Below, in pieces: positions 36,790 through 50,168 of a stretch of 64,000 nt of DNA. Origin of the DNA: Eledone cirrhosa (taxonomy: Eukaryota); contig OZ024750.1 of the NCBI GenBank assembly GCA_964016885.1, positions 8,432,001 through 8,496,000 of the forward strand, written 5' to 3'. The notes beneath the pieces are model-generated. The model was not told where the DNA came from, did no database searches, and saw only the letters and a list, made by a program, of their open reading frames with translations. Position 1 is the first letter of the stretch. Each line of letters opens with the position of its first letter. The translations under genes were made by a program, and so were the position numbers.

Positions 36790-37688
36790 CATTGTCATTT
36801 TAACGTCCTCTCTTACTGCTAACAGATATATGCCTTTGTGTGTGTAAATACACATATACATTGTGTGTTTTGGGTATATAACGTGTGTAGACATACTTTA
36901 GTATCAATGTTTGTATTTATATTTTTTGTGGGTATCCCAGATATGACAGTCTGAATTAAGCAAGTTTTCAAAAATATTTATTTTTCAATTTTTGCACATG
37001 CAATCAAACACTTTAAAATCCTCATCATCAGCATTGTTTTACATCCGTTTTACATGCTGGCATGGGTTGTTGCTATCAAATTCAGATTTAAATTTTACTG
37101 ATATGAATGAGAATTAATGCAATTTATGATAATAATGCAATTTAGAATAATTAAGAATTACTATTGATCCTTGTTCCATTCACCCCCCCCCCTCCTGCTT
37201 AATTAGGAATGCAGAAACATTTGTAAATGTTTGTTATTATCTAATTCAAATTCAAATTTTGACACTAGTGTACAACACTCTTCTAATCGATTGAGATTTA
37301 GTATCGTTTGTTTGATAAATTCTATAGTATGAAGACACTTGCAGGATTCATGTTTATTTTTTTGGTTTATTCTCTTATAAACACAAACTATATAATAAAT
37401 ATGAATTTCAAAAGAAGCAAATCAATAAAAAAAAAGTCAGGAAAAGAATGAGAAAATGTGTACACTCAGTTACAATGTTACAACAGGGAATGTTGGTGTT
37501 TTTAATGAGCATTTTTGGAAACGTACCAAGATACTTAATATGTGTACACTCCGATACATGCTACAACAGGGAATACTCTCTATTACTCTATTACATGTTA
37601 CTAATAGAGATTTTGTTGACAAGATCTACCTGGAATTACCTTTGCTTTCAAACTTATATCTAAACGCTTTCTTGAATTGTAAAATAAC

Positions 37689-37871
37689 TGTTTCTATTTT
37701 TGGCACAAGGCCAGCAAGTAACCCATGTATTCCTAGTACTTTATTTTATCGACCCTGTAAGGATAAAGGGCAAAGTTAACCTCGGCAGGATTTGAACTCA
37801 GACCGTAAAGGGGCGTAACTCTATGCTGTAAAGCATGGCGTCCGACTCTCTACTGATACTACCAATCCACC
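37689..37871 (-). mobile_element. SINE with 15-bp TSD
   Basis: gaattgtaaaataac at 37674 and 37872. Confidence 0.93.
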
Positions 37872-40544
37872 GAATTGTAAAATAACATTGGTAGTCATGG
37901 TAACCGTGAGACGTCAGCACACTGTCGCCAACACTACAAACTACGAGTAACTGAGAGTTACTTCCCTTAGGGAGCATAAAATTAAAAACAAAACAAAATG
38001 CCTCTTACGTTGCTTTTATTTTTGTTTGTTTAAATGTTTTCCCAAGAAAGTGTTATGCAATATAGTTTTTACTTGATCTAACACCACGATAGATGTTATT
38101 GTTTTAGCCACAGGTCAGCCCTGATCCTGCCAACATGATCAGAAGTATTAATATATGTTTGTATAATGTAACTACATTATACAATCGTGTGTGACTTTAG
38201 GAAGATTTAGTTGGTATTTCTAACATGTCAAGTGATCTCATAGATATTTCCTTATTGGATTATGTTGAATTAAGTTTTTAGTCAGCATTGCTTTTCTTAA
38301 TGTGGATGTCTTAATATAACTGTATTTAAAGAATAAAAGTATTCAGTAAGAAAACTAAATTGATGGGATCCATGTTGTACAGTTGTGCTCAAATTTCTAC
38401 AACACCATTTAAGATTAATACCATTTGTGATAATAATTCAATTTGAATTTGAATATTGCTGCATACACCAAAATAGAACTGTCAAGTATGATTTCTGAAA
38501 ATTGTTTGATTTGGATTTTTATAATGTACATTTCTCTATTGTCTCAAAAAAAAAAAAAAAAAAAAAAAGTCATAATCTAGTATAGAATACATTCTGCCTT
38601 AAAAAAAACAAACGATGTGATGGTAAAGGTTTGAACGCTGTTAAGTTTCTCAACGAAGGCAGACCTAAGAAAATAGCACTATATATGTAATAATTGAAAA
38701 TAAAATTGGACCATTAAATTTTTGAAAAAATATGATAGATATTACCAGCTAGCTACATTCTTCATTTTCGACATGATCATCGGATTAGATCTTATGGATT
38801 TTTCTCAAGCTCCTTTGGTGGGGGAAAGGAATCCAAAGAGTTTTGGTGATTTTCAGTTTTCTTTCACGTTTCACTTACATATAAGGTATAAGCTGCAGTG
38901 TTTATATATACAGTTAATGTGATGTGGTAAATAAATATATTCATACATACCAGGTCTGAACACAATGGAACCAAACTTCCATTGTCACTGCCTCCGTCTC
39001 TCCTGCTTCCCCCCCATCTCTCACTATTATAGGCAAATGGGGGCCACAGACTGGCCGTCTTGTGGCCCTGGTGGACAGAATAGAGAAGCCCTTTCGCCAG
39101 AGGATGGTGAGGCTGGATGAGCTATGTTTGATGGCGCCAGCTCAACCCACCTTGGGTGAACGCCACCACAAGTACAGTCTGGTTATGGCCCCTTACCAAG
39201 GCTCTTCTAGGACACATTAATGTTTTATCAATAGTGTAGCAGATTATTTCCTCTTACAAACTTCAGCATTAGATAAAGTTGACAGATGTTATAGGAAATA
39301 ATACTTTATATTTAAATAACTGCTCATGCAAATAATCATTGTTATAAATACTATGATTTATGCATTTGAAATTTCTAAGGTGAACAACACTGATATTGTT
39401 GTATCACCAAGAAGTAATAGCTGATACATTTTCCATAAATTTATATTTACATTTAATTTTCTCCATCCGTAAATAGCTACATGGCATCAGTATACGGCTC
39501 TACTTTCGAGTGAGTGATTTTATGCAAGGAGTAAGATAATCTTCCTATTTTACAACTTTGCCATTTATACTTTACAATTTAAATTATTAAACTATCTTTC
39601 TGAGAAAAACCTTGCAACAACAAACACATGAAGAATGAGAAAGAACATTTTCCAATAAAATCAAGTCTATCAGAAAATTCATGGAAAATATTTCTTTCTT
39701 TCCTTAAGTCTATTTTTTAAAACGAATAATTTTTACGAGGTTTCTTTTCTTTAAAGTATTTTGTTTTTTACTTACGAATTATTATATTTTATTTGGATTA
39801 AAATATTACTTGAATTTAAAGATGTTGCTGTTGCCTTACTCCCCCCCTCCTTTATAATGATTATTAATTGTTAATACTTTAGAAATATTATTATTATTAT
39901 CATATATATTTTCTTGCCACTTTTCGTTACTCAAGTAAAAGTAAAAGTGAATGTTTAACTATTTGTATGTATTTAATCAGTAACTTGAAAATATATAAAT
40001 ACTTTATTGTAAATACATATATATAGTGTATATATGTGTAATGTATGTGCGTGTGTATATATATATATATATATATTTAGAGTAGTTAATGATGGTGAGT
40101 AGACTGGTTAGAGCAATTACTGTCTTATTTACGTATTTATTCTTATAGACTCTTCTCTTTTATACATATATACAAACACAGTCATATATACAGACACATA
40201 TATTTACATATATATTTCAACACAATCTCTTCTCTTTTATACATACATATATACAGACATATATTTATGTATATATTTCAACACAATCTCTTCTCTTTTA
40301 TACATACATATATACAGACATATATTTATGTATATATTTCAACACAATCTCTTCTCTTTTATACATACATACAAACACACATATATACAAACAGTCACTA
40401 TATATATTGGTTTACGAAGCTAGTCAAAAAGAATCAGAACTCTGGCAATGTCTTATATAATGAGGTTTGTATATTAGAAATACAAACCTATTACTCAGTG
40501 CACACATACGTTAATCAGTAACAGAAACAACAAATGAGCACTCA

Positions 40545-40805
40545 ATGCACAGGCTGAGTGTGTATATTAAGAAAAATAAAGTTTTGTTTACATGTAGTTA
40601 ACCTTTTATGTACCGACCTGTTATGCATGATTTGCAGAGGACTGGTGATTTGAATCACCAGTCTGAAGAGCAGATTGATAATGTATTTGGGTCCATAACT
40701 TCTATGGGAGACCCTAAGCCTATCATCTGTGAAACGCACATAACAGGTGGATGCATAATAAAAAAAAAACTAACTACATGTAAACAAAACTTTGTTTCTT
40801 AAAAC
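40545..40805 (+). mobile_element. Penelope-like LTR relic with inverted arm and hammerhead motif
   Basis: Inverted arms of ~75 bp; CTGAAGA at 40663 and GAAAC at 40731; related copy at 47130-47300. Confidence 0.65.
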
Positions 40806-41256
40806 ATATTTGTTTGTATCTGTGTGAGTATTTCATTAAAAGATTTGACCATGTAGGGAGTATTGCTGATATTGAAACTGACTGGAGCTGGAAGAAATGA
40901 TTAATGCAAGAAACAAAAGCTACAAAATCAAGTTGTTTTATGATGTCATATTTTGAATAACCTAGTCTTTCATCAGCCATAACTGTATATGAACTGTGTG
41001 CAGACACAGCCACCACTGTGTCACATGGAGAATGAAGCATCTTTCAAAGAGATACACGTGTCTTTCAAAGAGGTACAAAATACTAAATCATTGAATATCA
41101 AAAATATATGAAAAAACAGTACATCCTTATCCCAGGTAGAATTTGATATGATTTTGGTTTCTTGGAATTTGATGAAATACTTTTTAAAATGTACTTTCAT
41201 CTGATGCACTGCAAACTGAAATGTTTATATTAGGTTGAAAGTATTTTCAAAATAAT

Positions 41257-41442
41257 TGTTTCTACCTTGGGCACAAGGCCAGCAATTACCCAGTACATTA
41301 CTGGTACTTTATTTTATCGAACCCGTAAGGTTGAAAGGCAAAGTTAACCTCGATGGGATTTGAACTCCGACCGTAATGGGACATTACTATGCTAGAAAGC
41401 ATGGCGGCCAACCCTCTACCGATACTGCCAATTCCCCATCCA
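41257..41442 (-). mobile_element. SINE with 15-bp TSD
   Basis: tattttcaaaataat at 41242 and 41443. Confidence 0.93.
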
Positions 41443-44400
41443 TATTTTCAAAATAATAACGGGCATAGAAATCTTTGAGAAGATAGGCACAGAGCTTCAA
41501 GTTCAAATTATATCAGAAAAACTAAAAATGGTGTAATCTCCTTTAAAGAATTCTCCATTGCATAAACGTTTAGCAGTATTGCTCTGTGAAACAAAATTTT
41601 AAGGACAGGAAAAGAATATAATTTAGAATTCTTATTAAATTTGTCATGACCGTGCATCTTAGTAATATGGAAAAGAAATGAGTATATTCATCTAATGGCA
41701 TCAACCGTTTATAGCAAATTGCTACGTAGTATTCATTTATAAAGCCAACTATTTTAGCCTCATGTTTGGCTCTACTTCAGATCAAGTGCATCAAGAACTA
41801 TTGGCTGAAGCAGTTCATTATCTTGGCATTGATTTTAAAGAGAAAACCCTTTTTATAAAGTATTTTTTATTTTCTTGGATTTATCCACTTAAAATGGATG
41901 TAACTATAGATCAACTTGTGGAAGATCAAATGCTATTAGAAAACTGTCCATCTCAATACTGTGAAAATACTGCAGTTATGGCTTGTTATAAAAGTGTTCA
42001 GTGGAGAAGTAATGAGAAAATTGCAAAACTATTTATGTAACCGGTGATAGCCTGTTTCATTCTCTCAATTATGATGGACAGTGTGCTACTAACCATGATG
42101 GTAATTTTTAAAAGTACAATTTAGTCAATTTAGTCATTATTTTGACACTCAATATTCTGTTGGTAAAAACTGGTCGATGTCAAATCTGAATCTGAAACGG
42201 ATTCCAAAACAGAGAGACTGTGAATCCAGTTCATGTAAACATTGATATCACAGTTGGACTCATGCAAAGCATGGTAAATGATTATAATCAGCCTTTTGGT
42301 ATAAGAGGTGACACAAGACAAGTGCTGAATCAAATTTTACTTTTTAATATCTTGGTTCTGCTTGATTTTAGAATAAGGTTTTTTACAGATTGACAATGCT
42401 GAAGATCATGTCATTAACTTTCTTAATGTTGGTTGTGTCCTTCAATTTTATTTCTTAAGCAGTTGAATAACATTCACCAGTGCCTCACTTCAGAAGCTGT
42501 TTTGAAATTATGTGATGAATAGGATATTCTAACAGAAAAAAACACTATAAACATTCAACAAAAACAAAAATAAGGATGTAAGATGAACAGTAAAAGATTG
42601 AGAGAAATTTATGACTGCTTGTATAATGAAGTGGAAGAAATATTTGTTGAAGAAACTTTAAACCTAAATGGAAGACTGAATTGTTTGATCAGTTATCATT
42701 AATTAGGAATAATTATGTGATGATCAAAAATATTTCAATTTTTACAAAATGCACAATTAGGAACTGGCTTGATTAATAAAAAATAGTTAGAATGAATATG
42801 TAAATTTCTTGAAAATAATTTCATTTGAGCTTTCATTTCCTGGGACTTCAGGATACTTGAAACTTGTTAGTAGAATAATGAATTCTAAATGAAATGAGTT
42901 GATAATTATAATCATTGACATTTAATAATTTTAGTGTATTTGAAACCCTAAAAGGATATTTGATCTCATAATTTTATCAAATTGTCTGTCATTGATACAA
43001 AGAATCATGTTTTTATAAGATATTCATTAGCATCAACAAGTGGAGAGATGCTATGCTGAGAAGGACCTGTCCAACCCATGCAAAAAAATATTGAAGCATA
43101 CATAAGCTGGTGGAAGGCTAAAGTCTGTCTCAAGCTAGGAGTCTTGTCATGCCAGTGCTTATCTTGATTTCATGGCATGAAGTGACTGACAGTACAATAC
43201 CTCCTGCTGGACAGGACACTAGTCCATCACAAGGTTAAACTTCCAGCTATTACCACTGGTACTCATTTTCAGCAGTATATACTGGAGCAACATGAAAATG
43301 AAGTCTTTTGCTGAAGAACACAACACACAACCCAACCCAGGAATCAAACCTATGAAATTGTGATTGTGAGTCCAACATTGTGTTGTTACCACTCGGCCAC
43401 TAGTAGAGAAGTTGAAAAAGGAAAAACTTAGTAAACATCACAAGTTATTGGTTTTGTTCATCCCTATTGCTGTTGATTTTGTTTCTGATCTGGAGACATC
43501 ATCATCACTTCCACTCCTGCAAAAACTTCATCATTTGATACTCCAGTTCTAGAATTTCTCTTACTGAACTATTTAAAGAAATATATAAATCAGTAATTGT
43601 AACCTAGAATGTTACTGTGGTATGTGATCATACTCTCACAGACCCAGGACTCTGGAACTTAAAAGATATTGCTATAGTCGATCTCTTGATTTTCTATAAG
43701 CCGACAAACAGCCAAAATAACAACTGCAATATTTTAAATTTGTAGCATGTGTATACTGAGGGAAGGAAACTCCATAAAAGACATTAACTAACACAATATT
43801 CAAGTGTGAACTGTGGAATGGTGAGTTTATAAACTGTAAATGGTGGCTGCTAGAATGCAACCATCCAATGACTGTATTGCTTTCTATGTTGTCTAATGTC
43901 TCAGAAAGAATCTCCTTTCACTATATCGGGATTTAATGATTTGAAACCCAGAATATCATTGTATAGAGGGAACAATGCAGGTGTCAGTTGGAATATTTGA
44001 ATCAGTACAATGAAAGTAATTCAGTAGATTCTGAATTGCTAAAATCAACATCATTCACAAAAGAAGTACTGGCATAAAGTCAGTCATGAAGCATGGAATT
44101 TCTGTTATTTGCTTCCTTGCTTTGAGATATCTGGCACTTTGGAGAAAGAATCTGATCTTTGGCTTCTAAAAAAACAGAAAAAAACATCAAAGCATTTTGA
44201 TGGGTGAATTTGACATTCGCCTTTCAGAATATCCTTTAAAATACTGGAAAGGGTAACCCATAATACATAAAAACATTTGTGAAGAGTTTATTGTAATAGT
44301 GGGACAACTGGTATTTTGTCCAATTCTGAAGAAACTTGTGTCAAAGTATTATTCAATAAGTACTCTGGTCCCAAATAATAGCGGGAGGTGGTTGGAATAA

Positions 44401-46137
44401 GCGGCGGTGGAAAATTGGTAATTTTTCTAGGTTGTTTCCATTGATTTTAAAAATAAAAACAGAATTAGTTGTTTAGTTTACCTATGAAGACCTCAACCCA
44501 TCCTATTTATTTTATAACGTATGGGATTTCAAATAATGTACTTTTTTTGTCATGTATAATGTATAAAGAAAATTGTCCTTATAGTGGGTCCTGTCAGAAG
44601 CAACCATTTCCAACTGATCTGGCTGGATCTCCAAGTGAGACTAGCCGAGCTCATGGATGTTATCTAACCATTTTATTTGGGGTCTACCTACCTTTTGTGA
44701 AAAAGAAAAACATCTTTCTTCTCTGATCATTTAAAAATATACCTCTTTACATGATTCATATTATTATATGCGATCTTTTCATTCAGTTTTGAGGGGTATA
44801 AAACGACTTTGCTTCTGTAATTTCAGTTCTACATACTGCTATTATATAACATATGTTTTCTATTCATGTCGCACTAACCTTACTCAAAAGAATGGAAAAA
44901 GGCGTTATTACATTGAGTTAAGTTAATCATCTCTAAAACTACAATGATTCATAGATTAAGGGCTTAACTTCAGCTTCTGTAGCATTCAGCAGATTCTATA
45001 TAAATATAATAGAATTTCTAGAATATTGTTATATAAGGGGAGTGACAGAAAGTAAATCAGTACAGTATCTGATAAAATTTCATAACCCATGCTATTGGGT
45101 AAAATGGATGTTAAACGATGATGAAGAATGATAACGATGATGTATTTAATTTTAGCCTTCTTTCTTCTCAACTCAAATTTGCTTATATAAAGAAAATATG
45201 TATATATTTACCTTATGGCTGTTTCCATGACTACTTGGTTCTTCAGTTGGTGTTGAGAAGCAGGTCCCTGTAAAGCCTTGCTATATATAAAGAGCTGCAA
45301 GGGTTTAAATATAAAACAGCAAAATACATAAGGGGGGAACAAAGGATTTACATTTATAGACAGTAAAAACTATGCAATCTGAAAGTGAAAATGTTCCAGA
45401 ATGGTAATCTTTTTATAGTTTAGTTGAAAGGAGTGTCGATTGCAATCTATGTTTACATGGTTTCTGAAACAAATGATAAGGAAGAAGAAAAATAATAGCA
45501 AACTGGATACTGGACCAAAATGCTTGCAACAGAGAGGAGCCAGGCTGTGGTGTTTAATTGGGCAATGGATTAAGACTATTACCCAAGTAGGACATAGCAG
45601 ACTTTGAAATTAGAATTCAAGGCTATGAATGAATTTGTGTGTGTGTGTATGTGAGGTATAAAAGTAAGCAGAAACGAAGTCAAGGTTGCACCATATACAA
45701 ACTTTATTGGCATATGACAATTGTTTTGATATCGATCAGCTCAGGGTATGATCATAATGACTCTGCATCGACACCTCATCAGATATGTCAGTTCACATGT
45801 GCAGAACATATGAACATAGTTACACTCTGCATGATGCAGCTGCCTTAACCCTAAAGTACACAGAACTATAAAACCTACATGAGATGGATCCTCAAACAGA
45901 CTGCAAGCTTTACATGTAAAATACCGATTGATATGGAGATGGACCTATTTTCGATGTTGTTATTTCAAGGAGATGGAACCCTGTGTTTTATCTAAAATAT
46001 TGTCATAATTGTGTAAAAACAACTGTTACCACAGAAATGACCATAACAATGAAATACCTGATAACTTAAATTATGGAAAACTTGTCTTCATATTTATTAT
46101 GTGTGTGTATGTATATATATATATGTATGTATGTATG

Positions 46138-46172
<35 letters not shown>

Positions 46173-47029
46173 CTTAGAGTGAAGTGATGCATTTGTTACT
46201 CGGGACCTTCACCTGTGAACTCACAGGGTCATCAGACAAAACTTGTTTCAATTTTCAATCAGGGGTAGATCACATAATTGAAATGCTGTATTTTCTGAAA
46301 ATGTATTAGCCATAATTGCAAATATTTTACTAAAACGTTGTTCTGTGTTTACATTGGCTCACAATTTTATTCCTTCTGTTTTGTATAACACCCAATAAAT
46401 AACATTGTGAGAAGAGATATTATTCTCATAGGACACACATTTAAGGGCAGGGTCAACAGCATACATTTCTTTTAATTCAGGGATAGAATCAATAATATTT
46501 CTTTATCACAGTTGGTCTGGAAACTGAAGGGCAGTAGATTTGAAAACATCATTATACTAGATAGTACATCTACATATATCAATACATAAAATGTGGTTGT
46601 GTTCTTCCAAGAAATTGGTCATCATGATTTAAAAACCATGCTCACTGAATAAAAGAGTGACATTTTGAGCCAGGGAAAACAGGGGGTAAAATGTTAAAAT
46701 GTTTTAACAATTTGAATTGCAGGCAGCCAAGTAAATTTTCAAAAGTGGCAGTGCTGGTGTCATGATAAAATGCACCCAGTCCAGCCTGTAATGTGGTAAT
46801 GCCAGTGCCACAATAAAAAGAACCTAGTCCACACTGTAAAGTGACAGGGCTGGTGTCATGATAAAATTCTCCCAGTACATGGAGGAAGGTGGTTGGTATT
46901 AGAAAAGGCATCACCCCACGAAGCTATGCCAAAATGAAATGTATGAATGAGACTCGGTCATCTGACCGGCCAGACCTCAGTATGTGACCACTTGTTTAAC
47001 CCATGGTAGCAGAGCAAGGATGTGTAATG

Positions 47030-47089
<60 letters not shown>

Positions 47090-48311
47090 TTAGTGAATTA
47101 CTGCTGGTGGTACCAAAATGATCACTTGCTGCACAGGCAGTGTATATATTAAGAAAAACAAAGTTTCATTAACATGTACTTAGTTTTTAATTGTGTATCG
47201 ACCTGTTACATGCATTCCGCAGAGGATTGGCTTAGGATCACCCACAGAAGTTATGGACCCGACTCCATTATCGATCTGCTCTTGAGACGGGTGATTCAAC
47301 AACAAATACATACACACACACATATATATATATACACACACATATATACATACATACAAATATACACAAACACACACACATATATATATATATACACACA
47401 CATACACATATATATATATATATATATGTTTAAATTTTGTGGTTCACCACTGGGTAGAATTGGTCATTCTGCAATGTTAATCATCATGTAATAGTAGGAA
47501 AGCACTCAACATTATATATATATATGGTGTGTGTAATTGTATTCATGTGTATATGTAAAAAGGTAACACCTGAAAACAAACATATATCGCTAAAGAAAAT
47601 GATATTGAAGTAATACACAAAATGGAGTGAGAGAGAGAAAAAAGATTTTACATATCTGTATTTTTAGTTCGATATTGCATACACTGAAATTTTCTGATCT
47701 CAGAAATAAAACAATATACAATTGGCTTGTAATGTAATTTCTTACTTGGACAGAACTCTTTAATTGGATGCCAATCACTTTTGTGCATATTAATGAATCA
47801 CCATAGATATTTTATTGTCAAATCATATATTTCAGTCCTTTTGATTTATATCTCTTTGTTTAATATTGCTACAAACAGTATCTTTGTTATGGTATGCAGG
47901 ATTGGAATTTTGTTTGAATAATTATTAAGACAAAGTAATTTCTTTGCTATCAGTTTGTTCATATTTCCTTAGCGAGACAACATTTATAGAAAGGATTTCT
48001 TTGTATAAATTTTCACCAAAGAACTCAAATACAGGTTTTTTTTTTTCTAAAATATCAAATATACTATCTTTTTAGGGGGGAAGGAAAAAGAAGAAAATTG
48101 AACATGTACTTTTTTGAAAGTCTCTTTCTGTCACGGTTATTTTCTATTTGATCGACTGTTTTTATTACATAAACAGTATGTGAGCTTTGCTTGAAATTAT
48201 AATTGTGCATTAGCAGTAAAGTCTCTACTTGTGTGTCTTTTATTTTCCATGTCAATTGACATCTTCTTATCAGAATCAATAGCAGTTGATAGCAGTCATC
48301 AAAATAGTTCG

Positions 48312-48766
48312 TTATTTTATCATTTTGTTTCTCTGTTTTTCCTGCAGCAGTCTCAATGATGGTAGTGGTGAATCTGGACAGAGGGAGCTAAGTGGTAGCT
48401 CTCGATTCAAATGAAGTCGAAATAAAGGTTTTATTTTTCTGGAACCAGCAAATTTTATTGCATTGTCAGGTTTATTTTGTAAAGTTCTATTTTTATAATT
48501 AGATTTGTGGGGGAAGCTTTGTGAAACTCTGGAATCTGACTGCTGTTTCTTATGAAGCTCTATTGTCAAAGCTGCAATTCCTTTTCCATATAGAAATTGT
48601 CGAGGTTGTCTCCGAAGTTGACAACGAAGAATTCTTTTAAAAGCTCTTTTAAATTCCCTGCTTGAACAAGCATATATAATAGGATTCATCGTTGAGTTAC
48701 AATATCCAAGCCAAAATATGATTTTAAACATGAGCTGAGGAATCTGACATCTTTCACAAAGGGCAC
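48312..48766 (-). CDS. Terminal exon (ECL3, TM7, helix 8, C-tail) of an aminergic class A GPCR, alpha1-adrenergic-like
   Basis: Polypyrimidine tract + ctag acceptor, then (G)[39 protein letters not shown]; FWLGY.NS..NPIIY.CSS.EFKRAF closely resembles alpha1-adrenoceptors. No TM1-6 exon seen in the window. Confidence 0.9.
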
Positions 48767-49835
48767 CTAGAAAGAAATGAAAGAAAATCATTTTTAATTC
48801 ACTAATTCCAGAGACACTATATATATATATATATATATAATATAGAAATGGCTTCTACAGGACTAGAACTGTTTCATTCATATGAAATCATCAGGAATGG
48901 ACGGATCAGTTTTAGTCTTGTAGAAGCTATTTCTATATTAAATATTGATGTTTACACTCTACTAATATATTGAGTACCTTATTTACTGTGGTTACCCCCG
49001 ATTTTGTCATCTTGTCTAATTACTCTGTGATAAACAGTGAACTACATAAATAATGATATAATTAAATAAAATGAATATTAAAACTCTACTTCGGTATTGA
49101 GTACTCTCTTCTCTCAGCTGTCAACCACATATGTGTGTGTGTGTGCAGGATTTTGAATATATTGGTATAATTCCCTGCCTTGGTCAGTTCACATATGTGC
49201 ACATACTCCCACCTGTATACTCTCACTATGAGATACAGTATAACGTACATCCACTTATAACTTTGCAGAATAATAATTATACTGTAAGCTACAGCTACTT
49301 ATTTATTACTTCCTGAAGGTGTTGTGTTATCCCATGTCAGGATCAGGCATTCCAAACGTGGCTATCCTGATATTTTGTCAGGTATAATCAATGTGTCCTC
49401 TCTTCCAGATAGTAGGGTGTTTTTTCTTTGTGAGATTTGGTTCCCTTGAAGCACCACCGATGTTGAAGGAAATATGAGTATAAATGTTTAGCCATGAGAA
49501 TAGGAAACAATTTGAGATTTAACCATATTAGTGCTGAGCAAATTGAATGCCATTCATTAATTAAAATTTAATGAAAATTTTTATTTCCTGAAGCTATTTT
49601 AGTATGAATTTTTTAAAGTGTTCTTTTTAATTGGAATATATTATTTTTACACTCTGAGGCTTAACTGCATCTCTATGAATTGTCCAGGTGAAATTACACA
49701 TATGTGTATATATATATATAATTTCCAAAATAGCTGACTGAATATGTATATGGGTTTTTTTCCCTTTATTTTTTTTCTCAATTTTTCCCTCGTTCCTTCC
49801 TCTTCTCACTTTTTACCTTTCTATTTCTAAATTTA

Positions 49836-49871
49836 TCTTCTGATGAAGGACTAGTGTCTGAAACGTTAAGA
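49836..49871 (+). ncRNA. Minimal type I hammerhead ribozyme motif
   Basis: TCTT CTGATGA A GGAC tagt GTCT GAAAC GTT AAGA. Confidence 0.7.
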
Positions 49872-50132
49872 CTCTTTTCCTGCATTAAACTAATATATTT
49901 TTTCAATATAAAATCATCCCATGTTTTCCTAGGCCTACACTTCCGAGGGTTCCTTTGACTTCAAATACTCTGCATTTCTTTATGCAGGTGTCATCATACA
50001 ATCTGCCTTTTATTCTAAAGGAGAAACCCTTTGTAGCAAGCAGTGGTTGTAGCTCCCTGAACTTTTTTTCCAGAATATATATAGTATAAACAAAGTAGAT
50101 TTGTGGTTTACTGAGGAAGGTACCAATATCAG

Positions 50133-50168
<36 letters not shown>

